Origin: a virus
Length of the DNA: 64,000 bases
IMG/VR virus record: IMGVR_UViG_3300043540_000091
Coordinates: 74,679 to 138,678 of that record
Strand: one strand, 5' to 3'
The notes beneath the pieces are model-generated. The model saw only the letters and a list, made by a program, of their open reading frames with translations. It was not told where the DNA came from and did not search any database. Shown piece by piece: positions 29,624-38,982 of the stretch. The position numbers and the translations under genes were made by a program. Numbering within the stretch: position 1 is the stretch's first letter; the number at the start of each line of letters is the position of its first letter.

Positions 29624-30193
29624 ATGAACACGCCTGAGGCGAGTATGCTGGCGGTACCGAGAGGTACCCCAGGCAAAACTCCTCTCGAGCTGGACATGAG
29701 AACGATCTACGAAGCTGAACGTCGGCTTCCGGAAATCGCTCTCGTGTCTAATGCTACCAAGATGGAGCTTGCAGCTCTGTACAACAATGCGGCGAACGAG
29801 GTAGGTAAGTACCTCGGCTGGATCGAGTACGAGCTTCTCAAGGCTAAGAAGGTTCACACGGCCAACCGATCAAACGTGATCATGGGCGTGGCTATCGAAG
29901 AGGCTAAGAGATTAAAAGAACTTGGAATCAAGATGAACGAGGATATCCGCGAGGCGCTCATCTCAAAGGATGAAGCATGCTCTCAGTCGCAGGACATCGT
30001 CGATTCCCTACTCTCGGTCAAGGTATGGCTGGAAGAGAAGAAGTGGTCGTTCATCAGGTCCTTCAATAGTATCAGCGAGCAGGCGCAGGGCAAGAGTGCT
30101 CAGCCTACTCCTAACTTCGTTGGAACCATTGGTCAAACCTATAACCTGCCTCAGGCCAACTTCATGGGCCGAGACGAAAGGAAGAAGGAATAA
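29624..30193 (+). CDS. UvsY-like recombination mediator
   Basis: Helical protein between SSB and RecA; mainly positional inference. Confidence 0.45.
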   Translation: MNTPEASMLAVPRGTPGKTPLELDMRTIYEAERRLPEIALVSNATKMELAALYNNAANEVGKYLGWIEYELLKAKKVHTANRSNVIMGVAIEEAKRLKELGIKMNEDIREALISKDEACSQSQDIVDSLLSVKVWLEEKKWSFIRSFNSISEQAQGKSAQPTPNFVGTIGQTYNLPQANFMGRDERKKE

Positions 30194-31275
30194 TGGGCAA
30201 ACACCTATCAAAACTTCGCGCTCTGGAAGGGGCTGTCAGTACCTCTACCGGCGACGAAGCAGTTCTAAACTGTCTGCGTACACCAAGTCCCTCGGTTAAC
30301 TGGGCCATGGCTCAGCCTGGATTCGGACTGCCGTATGGCTGCGGCATGGTTCTGTACGGACCTCCCAAGGGCGGTAAGTCGGTCTTCATCAACGGCATCA
30401 TCGGTCAGATGCACAAGGACGATCCTGACTTCATCGCGATCAAGTTCGACACTGAGCTTCGTTCTCAGTTCACCGTCACGCAGGCTGCCTTGAAGAAGTT
30501 TGGTATCGATCCAGACCGCTTCATCGTGTACGACACCAACGTACCGAAGGACATCTTCGATCGCATCGAGCGCGATATAGCCGCCGCCTGCCAAGATGGC
30601 GAGAAGATCAAGCTCATCATCATCGACTCCATGTCCGGAATCTCTGGTCGCCGGTCTCTGAACGCTGACTCTGTCGATACTCAACAGATCGGAGATCAGG
30701 CCGCTACTATCAAGGACGGTCTGCAACGTATCATGCCGACCATCCGTAAGTATGGCATCGCACTGATCTGCACCGCGCACATCCGCGCGGAGATGGACAT
30801 GGCAGAGCAGATGCGTGGCAAGAAGGTCAAGATGAACGCTGCCTGGGCTGCCAAGCACACGTTCGAGTACTTCTGCTACATCGAGCCGAACCAGTCTAAG
30901 ACCGGAAAGGTCACGCTGGCTGGCGAGACGTTCACCGATCCTGAACTGGTTGACTTCATGGACCGAGACATGAAGACCGGCCACAAGGTTCGCCTGCGCG
31001 TGGAGGACAGTTCGTTCCCGTACGGAGGTCGCACCGCAGAGTTCACTCTGGACTTCGACAAAGGCATTGTGAATCAGTACGAGGAGATCTATACCCTTGC
31101 CAAGAACTATGGCCTGATCACGACCAGCGGAGCTTGGTACCATGCAGAAGGCGAGAAGTTCAACGGTCTCATCAAGTGCCTTGAGGCTATCCGAGACAAC
31201 CAAGAGCTTCAGACGTCGTTGCTGACCAAGGTCAAGCAGATCGACTTCAAGCGCATCAAGGGGATCGTAGACTGA
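30193..31275 (+). CDS. recA: RecA/UvsX-like recombinase
   Basis: GPPKGGKS, FDTE, IIIDS, SGAWY. Confidence 0.9.
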   Translation: MGKHLSKLRALEGAVSTSTGDEAVLNCLRTPSPSVNWAMAQPGFGLPYGCGMVLYGPPKGGKSVFINGIIGQMHKDDPDFIAIKFDTELRSQFTVTQAALKKFGIDPDRFIVYDTNVPKDIFDRIERDIAAACQDGEKIKLIIIDSMSGISGRRSLNADSVDTQQIGDQAATIKDGLQRIMPTIRKYGIALICTAHIRAEMDMAEQMRGKKVKMNAAWAAKHTFEYFCYIEPNQSKTGKVTLAGETFTDPELVDFMDRDMKTGHKVRLRVEDSSFPYGGRTAEFTLDFDKGIVNQYEEIYTLAKNYGLITTSGAWYHAEGEKFNGLIKCLEAIRDNQELQTSLLTKVKQIDFKRIKGIVD

Positions 31276-32246
31276 GAGAGCGGATCATAGAGCTTATCCA
31301 AGAGTCCGGACACGGGTTCGTTGAGAAGCGAAACACCATCCGGACTACCTGTCCTTTATGCGGCAGGGAGGATAAGTTCTCCATTCTTAAGCACAACGGC
31401 TCGTGCGTATGTTATCGAGGATCTTGCGATTTTGGTCGCAGATGGTTCGACGACTGGGTATCGCTCACGTTCAACATCCCGCTGCGCGTGGCGCGAGAGA
31501 AGATCAAGAACGAGGCCATCGATCCGGACAAGATCGCTCAGGAGAAGATCGACTTCACTCCGCGCGATATGGATGACGTGGAAGACTCGCTCGATGAGAT
31601 TCAGTTCCCCGTGTTCCACATGACTCCGATCACGTCGGAGCAGGCCAAACCTGGAGCAGCCTACCTGGAAGGTCGCGGCATCCCGCTCGAAGTGGCCGCG
31701 CGATATGATATCGCCTACTCTTCTCTTGAGCGCAGGGTTTACTTCCCTGTCAAGATGGGAGGTAGATACTACGGATATCAAGGACGAGCGATAGACAAGG
31801 TTGAAGAATCGATGCGCCTGCGCAGCAATGACGGATTCCGCAGGGACGTCCTTGTTATGTTTGCAGACAACCTGGAAGATTCGGACTTTGCAATCATAGC
31901 CGAAGGTCCGGTCGACGCGATCAAGTTCGACAAGGTCGGCGGGAACATATCGACCATGGGCAAGGTCGTTACCGACAAGCAGCTGGAAGCGATATACTCG
32001 TACGGCGTCAAAGAACTTTACCTGGCGCTCGACGACGACGCGGCTGCAGAGATGAACGAGATTGCGGCCAAGACTCACCTCAAGGTGTACCGCGTCCTCG
32101 TGCCGGACTCATGTCGAGCACGGTGCGAAGTGGCTGGTCGAAAGGCCGACTTCGGAGAATGCACCTTTGAAGAAGCTGAGCAGGCATTCAAGGAAGCAGT
32201 GCCTATGGACTCCAATACGATACTGATGTATATACCCAAGGAGTAA
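31272..32246 (+). CDS. dnaG: DNA primase (Zn finger + TOPRIM), probable CTG start
   Basis: In-frame CPLC...CYRGSC upstream of track start; YLEGRGI, GYQGR, AEGPVDA, LALDDD. Confidence 0.85.
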   Translation: MRERIIELIQESGHGFVEKRNTIRTTCPLCGREDKFSILKHNGSCVCYRGSCDFGRRWFDDWVSLTFNIPLRVAREKIKNEAIDPDKIAQEKIDFTPRDMDDVEDSLDEIQFPVFHMTPITSEQAKPGAAYLEGRGIPLEVAARYDIAYSSLERRVYFPVKMGGRYYGYQGRAIDKVEESMRLRSNDGFRRDVLVMFADNLEDSDFAIIAEGPVDAIKFDKVGGNISTMGKVVTDKQLEAIYSYGVKELYLALDDDAAAEMNEIAAKTHLKVYRVLVPDSCRARCEVAGRKADFGECTFEEAEQAFKEAVPMDSNTILMYIPKE

Positions 32247-32247
32247 G

Positions 32248-32955
32248 ATGAGCAAACGCAATAACGTCATCGAAAACTTTGAGGCATGCTACCTGCACGA
32301 GAACTGCGCACGTCGCGCGTTCGCGAACGAAGAAGCGATCAAGCGACTGACAAGCAGTCCTGACTTCGAGCGCTGCGTTAAGTACATCGCAAACATCTCA
32401 TTCAACAGGAACAAGGTAGCCCTTCTCAGGCACGGATTCGATCACGAGGACATGATCAACGTAGCTCGCATTCTGGCCATGCAGTTCATCAACAACGAGT
32501 TCAAGGGAGAAACCAAGAAGGACACGTACAACGTCCTGATGCGCTTCATCAGCCAGAAGATGGAGACATTCATGCTGTTCTTCAACCGTAAGTTCAGGAT
32601 AAACGAGAGGTACTCCGACGTTGGAATTGATGATGTGACCGACATAGAAGCCTACATGGGTACTCCTGAGGTTAACGATCAGTGCGACGACGACAGCAAG
32701 GTCATGCACAAGATAGCCCTCCTTCGCGCAGAGGTCAACAAGTTCAAGACTCAGGTCATGAGACTCAGACTCAGCAGCGACATCGGCGCTCACGCGGATC
32801 GTCTCGCTGAGATCGCCACATCAAAGTCGGTGGAGTACGCCGTTCGACGCAAGGCTCGCAGGGTATGCAAGCAGAATGGCATTGACTATATTGGCTGGGC
32901 CAAGGTTCACATCAAAGAGCGTAACCTGAACGAGTCAGATCTTGCTCTTGAGTAA
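32248..32955 (+). CDS. Possible divergent sigma-like transcription factor
   Basis: CVKYIANISF...GFDHEDMINVARILAMQF resembles sigma region 2; SD AGGAG. Confidence 0.4.
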   Translation: MSKRNNVIENFEACYLHENCARRAFANEEAIKRLTSSPDFERCVKYIANISFNRNKVALLRHGFDHEDMINVARILAMQFINNEFKGETKKDTYNVLMRFISQKMETFMLFFNRKFRINERYSDVGIDDVTDIEAYMGTPEVNDQCDDDSKVMHKIALLRAEVNKFKTQVMRLRLSSDIGAHADRLAEIATSKSVEYAVRRKARRVCKQNGIDYIGWAKVHIKERNLNESDLALE

Positions 32956-32985
32956 ATCTGTGTTATTATGTTATAGAGGTGGAAT

Positions 32986-33501
32986 ATGGACGTGAATCAG
33001 ATAGCTAAGCAAGTTGGCGCAGTGGCAATCGCCCTTCTCATCGGAGCTGGCTTTGGAAGGTACAGCCTCCCCGCAAAGGTGGTAACCAAGACAGAAACGG
33101 TTACAGTCGAGAAGGAGGTAATCAAGAATACTGAGAAGACCATCAAGGACACCAACAAGGATCGTGAACTGATCATCATCGAGACCATCAAGCCTGACGG
33201 CACGAAAGTCGTTGAGAAGCATTACGTGAATCGAGATCAGATCAAGGAAGATACTACGAAGGTAAACGTCACGACCGATATCAAGAAGACCGACGAGAAG
33301 ACGTCGACGGTAGTGTCGAACGGCAAGAACGACTGGAACCTATCCGCCCTTGTTACCACGAGCCACACGGAAGATGACATGTTGAAGGGTAATGTTAGCT
33401 ACGGAGTTCACGTACAGCGCCGCATCCTAGGACCGATGAGTATCGGCGCCTTCGGACTCACCAACAAGACCTACGGTATCAGCCTTGGAGTCAGCTTCTG
33501 A
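32986..33501 (+). CDS. Membrane-anchored protein ending in beta-strands (spanin-like candidate)
   Basis: N-terminal TM, T/K/E-rich stalk, C-terminal YGISLGVSF. Confidence 0.55.
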   Translation: MDVNQIAKQVGAVAIALLIGAGFGRYSLPAKVVTKTETVTVEKEVIKNTEKTIKDTNKDRELIIIETIKPDGTKVVEKHYVNRDQIKEDTTKVNVTTDIKKTDEKTSTVVSNGKNDWNLSALVTTSHTEDDMLKGNVSYGVHVQRRILGPMSIGAFGLTNKTYGISLGVSF

Positions 33502-34352
33502 GCCTTGTTAAACGAATCCTCTACTTCAAGATCAAGCTTGCCTTGGTAGCCGCAACGGTTTCCCTGGCAGCTACTACGTGCGCGATCAGCGTGCCGCGCA
33601 CCTACAAGGCGTACATGCGCCATAAGGTCGGCAGCCGAGTCGTTGCAGTGACGGTGACGGAGTTCTCAAAGGACAGGGACAACACCGGCGGCGGAACCGG
33701 ATTCTTAGTCAAAGCACCAAGCGGTAAGACCTTCATCGTCACCAATCGTCACGTCTGCGATGATTCCAAAGACGGATCGATGTGGGTAACGGTAGACGGG
33801 ATGACGCAGGATCGTAAGCTGAAGATCCTCAAGAAGTCGGATCAGGCAGACCTGTGCCTCATGGAACCTATTCCTGGCATCGAAGGTCTCGACATCGGTG
33901 ATACCCCAGCAGTTGGCGACGACGTCATCTATATAGGACACCCTAGACTTCAGGCTAGGACTTATGTTTCAGGCGAGCTGGTCGGTACCAAGATCGAAAC
34001 TGTGATTCGCGGACAGGTCGGGAAGGAGATCTCAGAGGCCGAATGCAAGGCGTCCAAGGACTCCTACATCGCTGATACTTATGAGATCTACCTCATCCTT
34101 CGCAGGCTCGCGCGGGATGTTACGCCGACACAATCTATCGAGAGCCTCTTCAAGACTTCCAACAAGGTTACGGTGTGTTACGAACGTGGGCAGGCCTACG
34201 TGACCACTCTCGATGTTTACGGTGGTGCTTCCGGAAGTCCTATGGTAAACGTATATGGAGAAGTCGTTGGCGTGATCTATGCTGGCGAACAGGGCCAGTG
34301 GGGTTACGCCGTAATCTTGGCTGAACTCAAACAGTTACTGAAAGGAAGGTAA
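33498..34352 (+). CDS. Trypsin-like serine protease with N-terminal anchor, probable CTG start
   Basis: GGTGF, TNRHV, DLC, GASGSP; in-frame CTG 33498 with SD GGAG. Confidence 0.85.
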   Translation: MSLVKRILYFKIKLALVAATVSLAATTCAISVPRTYKAYMRHKVGSRVVAVTVTEFSKDRDNTGGGTGFLVKAPSGKTFIVTNRHVCDDSKDGSMWVTVDGMTQDRKLKILKKSDQADLCLMEPIPGIEGLDIGDTPAVGDDVIYIGHPRLQARTYVSGELVGTKIETVIRGQVGKEISEAECKASKDSYIADTYEIYLILRRLARDVTPTQSIESLFKTSNKVTVCYERGQAYVTTLDVYGGASGSPMVNVYGEVVGVIYAGEQGQWGYAVILAELKQLLKGR

Positions 34353-34353
34353 C

Positions 34354-35064
34354 ATGAAGATCGTAGCAGTCAATGGCTGGACGCATTCTGGCAAAGACAC
34401 CTTGGCGAACATCCTCGTCGAAGAATATGGATTCAAACGGATCGGGTTCGCAGATCCTTTGAAGGATACTGTAGCCGAACAGTTCGGCTTCGATCGCGCA
34501 TCTCTCGATGACCAGAACCAGAAGAACCTTCCGTTGCTCAACCTTCCGGTCAGCCTGCGCGATGGTTTCACCAAGAACCTCGGCACGTTCATGGTTCGTG
34601 AGTTCCGTACGAAGGACGGTAAGATCTGCAAGACTGGAATCTTCCATGAGATCGACGGAGTCACCGACTTCTATGGCGTTCACGACGACGGTACGATGCA
34701 GAAGCTGTACTGGACTCGTCGCGCATTGTGTATCTTGGAAGGTTCTTCCAAGCGTACTGTTGATCCAGACTACTGGGTTAAGAAGGCTATCGAGCTGGCT
34801 CGCAAGAGTGGCATGGAGCGTGTCGTGATCAGTGACCTTCGGTATCAGAATGAGACCGCAGGCGTGAAGATGTCCCTAGAAGAGGGAGATACTCTTCTTA
34901 CGGTTCGCGTAAATCGCTTCGATGAACACCCTACTAACTCGACAGATCCGTCGGAGCGCGACATGGACACGGCCAAGTTCGACGTTGTGATCGAAAACAA
35001 GGGCACATACGAAGAGTACATCCATAAGGCCCATTCCTTTGCTGCAGATGTGGTGAAGTCATGA
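34354..35064 (+). CDS. Deoxynucleoside monophosphate kinase
   Basis: NGWTHSGKDT, FADPLKD, PDYWV, ISDLRYQNE, PSE. Confidence 0.88.
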   Translation: MKIVAVNGWTHSGKDTLANILVEEYGFKRIGFADPLKDTVAEQFGFDRASLDDQNQKNLPLLNLPVSLRDGFTKNLGTFMVREFRTKDGKICKTGIFHEIDGVTDFYGVHDDGTMQKLYWTRRALCILEGSSKRTVDPDYWVKKAIELARKSGMERVVISDLRYQNETAGVKMSLEEGDTLLTVRVNRFDEHPTNSTDPSERDMDTAKFDVVIENKGTYEEYIHKAHSFAADVVKS

Positions 35065-35273
35065 AGCTCAAGACGGTCATCAAGCGACATCCGCGCCTGA
35101 GCAACGCCGTCGAGTTCGACGTGATGAAGGACAACTTCTCGATCGAGTCAGGTTCGGTCGTCAAGGCTACCCTGACAGAGGCATTCGAGGAGGCGAAGCG
35201 CCGCGTCGTGGCGATCTTCCCTCAGATAACGATGGAGGAGTTAGGTGAGCTTCAGCTACCAGATGGTAACTAA
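35061..35273 (+). CDS. Hypothetical protein
   Basis: ATGA-coupled. Confidence 0.55.
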   Translation: MKLKTVIKRHPRLSNAVEFDVMKDNFSIESGSVVKATLTEAFEEAKRRVVAIFPQITMEELGELQLPDGN

Positions 35274-35466
35274 GGAGATCAACGAGATCTTCGAGCATAC
35301 CACTCTCGCTAAGACGGCAGCCTACGAAGCTGGGCTTCATTCAGGAGCTGGCAATGAGCAACTCTGTGAAGCCAAGATCGCAGATCTCAAGGCTAGGATG
35401 AAGGAGATCCAGAGAATGATGACTCAGCTCGATCACAAGATCGAGTACATCAAGAATCAGTCCTGA
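35245..35466 (+). CDS. Coiled-coil hypothetical protein
   Basis: SD GGAGG, GTG start. Confidence 0.55.
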   Translation: MSFSYQMVTKEINEIFEHTTLAKTAAYEAGLHSGAGNEQLCEAKIADLKARMKEIQRMMTQLDHKIEYIKNQS

Positions 35467-35708
35467 TGCCGATAGGCGACGTCCTCGATGTCGCACTTCC
35501 TGCAGAATCGTCTGTGCCTGTTGAACATGAGAATCGGCCTATTCCAGCTGTGACTGTACTTGGATCTGATCTCATCAAGCTCGTGAACATACAGCTTGAA
35601 GGCAAACCCTTCGTTCAGGTCCAAGAGATTCTTCGATTGAAGCTCTCGGATTCGTTTGATCAGTATAGCTGCTCGGCCTTCGGGCTCGTCCGCGTCATAC
35701 CACAGCAT
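35457..35708 (-). CDS. Hypothetical protein with CxxC
   Basis: Starts immediately after endolysin stop; HSW...FCRKCD. Confidence 0.5.
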   Translation of the reverse strand: MLWYDADEPEGRAAILIKRIRELQSKNLLDLNEGFAFKLYVHELDEIRSKYSHSWNRPILMFNRHRRFCRKCDIEDVAYRHQD

Positions 35709-36149
35709 CTACGGAAGGAACCAACGCTTGCCGGAGGCCGGAGGTTCGTTCTGGAAGTGAACCCAGTTGGTGTTACCTTCCTCGCACCATAGTCCGGCCT
35801 GCTCGAGCAACGACTCGTTGACCTTAAGCCACGCGGTTATCTTCAGTCCTGGATCTGAGATATCTGCTGCGCGACCGTACAAGTGCCTGGACTTCATGGG
35901 CACCTTTGATTGGTCAAACACACCGTTCTCGAATGGCTTCTGATGCTTGGTCGCCTTGTCCTTGTAGATCCGAAGGTGATCGTCAATCGTTCTGAGTCCT
36001 GATGTAACGGTCCAGTTTGAGACAGGGTTCCCAGGTTGTTGCATCAGCCAGTTGATGCGCGGCAGGAGGTCCATCAGCATGTCCTGAACCTTCAGATCCT
36101 GGTCTGCAAACTCATATCGATGATTTAGAAGGTCTTCCATCGTAACCAT
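35709..36149 (-). CDS. Peptidase M15 family endolysin
   Basis: VTSGLR, SRHLYGRAADI, WVHFQ; preceded by CCTAATCT. Confidence 0.85.
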   Translation of the reverse strand: MVTMEDLLNHRYEFADQDLKVQDMLMDLLPRINWLMQQPGNPVSNWTVTSGLRTIDDHLRIYKDKATKHQKPFENGVFDQSKVPMKSRHLYGRAADISDPGLKITAWLKVNESLLEQAGLWCEEGNTNWVHFQNEPPASGKRWFLP

Positions 36150-36179
36150 ATGATACACTTCACCTCACTTTTACCTTGA

Positions 36180-36203
36180 AGATTAGGCTATGCGTGGTAT
36201 GAT
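36180..36203. promoter_or_regulatory. Divergent promoters: CCTAATCT (minus, copy 3) and TGGTATGAT (plus)
   Basis: AGATTAGG 36180-36187; TGGTATGAT 36195-36203, 5 nt before ATG 36209. Confidence 0.65.
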
Positions 36204-36208
36204 ATGCT

Positions 36209-36478
36209 ATGGGAAAGAAGCTGAAAAGAATGGGCGACATCATGTTTCTTGTCGAGAAGTTCGTCAGCAAGGCTGCAGGCGAACACGACCTCCAGCGCCA
36301 TGAGATACTGGCCCTGGTTGACAGGCATATAATGTTCCATTATCCTAATGCAAACGAGGAGTTCAATGATGGTACACGACCGTTCGTGTACTTTGGACAC
36401 CAGGACGGAGTTGAAGATGCTCTCGAGATTGCTCGCGCTGTGGATCGCCATCGCCGGAAGCGTCGCCGGAGCCGCTGA
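36209..36478 (+). CDS. Hypothetical protein, probably leaderless
   Basis: ATG directly after -10 element. Confidence 0.6.
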   Translation: MGKKLKRMGDIMFLVEKFVSKAAGEHDLQRHEILALVDRHIMFHYPNANEEFNDGTRPFVYFGHQDGVEDALEIARAVDRHRRKRRRSR

Positions 36479-36698
36479 CTTCTGTCAAGCTCCCGACGAG
36501 ATCGGCATATTCCGCGCCGACGATCCAGTCCTGGATCGTGTGGATGTTACGTGGGGTACCGAGACATTTCGCAGATACTTCAAGGGCCGCGTCTTGGACG
36601 GAAACGAGAATGGCCGGAAGATGCACGAATGGGTATTGAGCATAATGGAGGCTAGATGCAGATCTACGACATCGTCACGTATCCAGACGACAGACTAA
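36417..36698 (+). CDS. Small secreted hypothetical protein
   Basis: Signal peptide MLSRLLALWIAIAGSVAGA; SD GGAG. Confidence 0.5.
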   Translation: MLSRLLALWIAIAGSVAGAADFCQAPDEIGIFRADDPVLDRVDVTWGTETFRRYFKGRVLDGNENGRKMHEWVLSIMEARCRSTTSSRIQTTD

Positions 36699-37132
36699 AT
36701 ACTCCGTGCGACAAGGTCACTCAGTTTGGAACGAATGAACTTCGCGAGATCGTTCAGCGCATGCACGCGACCATCAAGCACAAGAAGAGCCTTGGTTTCG
36801 GCCTTGCGGCGAACCAGGTTAGCATCATGCTTCAGATCATCGTCATCAATACGATGTCAAACAACAAGAAGGCTCAAGGGTACCTTGGCGCTCTCATAAA
36901 TCCAGAGATCATAGAATACACCGGCGGTATCGAGATGGGTAACGAAGGATGTCTGTCATTTCCGAAGGACCGCTACGACGTTGCTCGGTCCACGAAGGTT
37001 AAGGTAAGGTTCCACGACATCGATGGCAACGAGATCATTCGCAACTTCTCTGGTCTCAACGCCGTGGTCGTACAGCATGAAGTGGATCATATCAACGGTC
37101 TTACAATGGCCGACAGAGCGAATGGACTTTAA
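36656..37132 (+). CDS. def: Peptide deformylase
   Basis: GFGLAANQ, EGCLS, QHEVDH. Confidence 0.97.
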   Translation: MQIYDIVTYPDDRLNTPCDKVTQFGTNELREIVQRMHATIKHKKSLGFGLAANQVSIMLQIIVINTMSNNKKAQGYLGALINPEIIEYTGGIEMGNEGCLSFPKDRYDVARSTKVKVRFHDIDGNEIIRNFSGLNAVVVQHEVDHINGLTMADRANGL

Positions 37133-37641
37133 TGGGAACAGCGCTTGATCTAACAGGTAAGAAGTTCGGAAACTTTACGGCAATCGAGCGCTCTAATTCT
37201 AGAATCGTTTGCGGTGAAGTTCTATGGCTATTCCAGTGCGACTGCGGCAATAAAACTGAACATGTTGGGAATCGAGTTAAAAGAGGAGATATAGTTTCCT
37301 GTGGATGCTCGCGTCGCGGGATTCATGAAGATACCGGCAGAAGGCTTCAAATGGAATCATATAAGCGTGGAGCTAAAGTCCGTGGATTTAAGTTCGATCT
37401 TACCGCCGATGAGTTCAATCGGATTACATCTGGAAATTGCGAGTATTGTGATGCAGCTCCATCGATACGGACTAGACATGGATATTCTTGCTTGTTCAAC
37501 GGTATAGACCGTAAAGATCATACGCTCGGTTGTTCTATGAACAACTGCGTTCCGTGCTGCATCAAGTGCAATCGAATGAAAGGAACCCTTTCGACCCAAG
37601 AGTTCTTAACTCAAATTAAACTTATTTCGGAGAATCTGTGA
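37132..37641 (+). mobile_element. HNH-type homing endonuclease between def and map
   Basis: DLTGKKFG..CDCGN; CEYC, NGIDR, NCVPCCIKCNRMK; more AT-rich than flanks. Confidence 0.8.
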
Positions 37642-38447
37642 AGGACCACGCACTGATCCAAGGCATGCGCAAGGCAGGTAAGCTCGCAGCACTCGTGCTC
37701 GAACAGGTCTGCGCTGCGGCCAAGGAGGGCGTCACGACGAACGAACTCGACAAGCTGGCGCACGACATCACCATCGCCAATGGCGGCACGAACGCTTGCC
37801 TCGGCTACAAGGGTTATCCGAAGTCGATCTGCACATCCGTGAACGAGATGCTCTGCCATGGCGTTCCTAACGATGAGCCTCTCAAGAACGGCGACATCGT
37901 CAACATCGACGTGACCGTCAAGGTCGGTCCGTACCACGGCGACACTTCTCGAACCGTGGCCATAGGAGAGGTCTCTACCGACGCGTACGCTTTGATCTGC
38001 GCCGCGCGCGAGGCGATGATGGCCGGTATCGCGGCGGTAAGGCCGAACGGTTTCACCGGCGACATCGGCAACGCCATCTCTACGTTCATCAAGGGTAACT
38101 ATCCCCAGTTCACGGTATGTCGCGACATCGGCGGCCACGGTATCGGACGAGTCTTCCACGACAAGCCGTTCATACCTGGATTCGGAGACCCTCGCACGGG
38201 TGAGAAGCTGAAGCTGTGGTCGTGCATCACGGTAGAGCCGATAGTCCTATGGAACGTGCCGAAGTACGGTTCTCGTCCGATCGCTCCGCACAAGGATCAT
38301 AAGGAATGTAAGGTCCAGGAGATCGTTGGGACCGGCGGCCTTGCGGCACAGTTCGAGCATACGGTACTCATAACGGTGGACGGTCCGGAGATCCTGACGG
38401 AGATACCAATCTTACCCATAAGGCAGGGATTGCTTGAGCGTTACTAG
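37638..38447 (+). CDS. map: Methionine aminopeptidase type I
   Basis: CTSVNE.LCHGVP, NIDVT, GDTSRT, GHGIG.VFH, TVEP, AQFEHT. Confidence 0.97.
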   Translation: MKDHALIQGMRKAGKLAALVLEQVCAAAKEGVTTNELDKLAHDITIANGGTNACLGYKGYPKSICTSVNEMLCHGVPNDEPLKNGDIVNIDVTVKVGPYHGDTSRTVAIGEVSTDAYALICAAREAMMAGIAAVRPNGFTGDIGNAISTFIKGNYPQFTVCRDIGGHGIGRVFHDKPFIPGFGDPRTGEKLKLWSCITVEPIVLWNVPKYGSRPIAPHKDHKECKVQEIVGTGGLAAQFEHTVLITVDGPEILTEIPILPIRQGLLERY

Positions 38448-38982
38448 AATCACGAATCTTCTGAACCAGATACTCCAAGGTCCGCTCGGAGGATGCGAGC
38501 TGCGCGTTCATGAAGACGATCAGATGGCAGACTACTGGTACTTCGTCATCGTTCGCAAGGGCCTACAGTACCCTGGATTGTTCTTGAACCTGAATGGACA
38601 GATTTCGAGTCAGTTCTTGTTAGATCCAACCTTGAAGTCTTTGGACGTACAGGCGCTGTTCACGTTCGATAACAGGGCCGGTAGCGCCGACGTGACCTGC
38701 CACTTCGTAGGACATGGCAAGTTACACCTCCCTGGCATAGCGAACAGTTCAGGAATGAAATACGGCTTGGTAGATCTCGAGTTGTCGGTCGCTCAGTACC
38801 TCAAGACGCACCTGCCGACCGGAGCATACCCTATCGTCACGAAGTATGAGATCATGAAATCCAGATGTGACTGCGGAGGCCGCAAGGCTGGCTACCGCGA
38901 CGATGAGCTTCACGGACATGCTCAGTGGTGCGATCTTGTAAAGAACCCGTCCGCTGGAATGATGCACGGCAATGGCGACTAA
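38434..38982 (+). CDS. Hypothetical protein with C-terminal CxCG...H..WC
   Basis: CDCGG...HAQWC. Confidence 0.55.
   Translation: MSVTRITNLLNQILQGPLGGCELRVHEDDQMADYWYFVIVRKGLQYPGLFLNLNGQISSQFLLDPTLKSLDVQALFTFDNRAGSADVTCHFVGHGKLHLPGIANSSGMKYGLVDLELSVAQYLKTHLPTGAYPIVTKYEIMKSRCDCGGRKAGYRDDELHGHAQWCDLVKNPSAGMMHGNGD

Noticed and set aside
12681-31203. Long antisense ORFs such as 12681-13556, 23977-25059 and 30265-31203
   Set aside because: Shadow frames of well-supported genes, with no motifs.
13559-38447. Bacterial chromosome origin suggested by groEL, dnaE, recA, def and map
   Set aside because: These genes are divergent and interleaved with phage replication, packaging and virion genes under shared promoter motifs.
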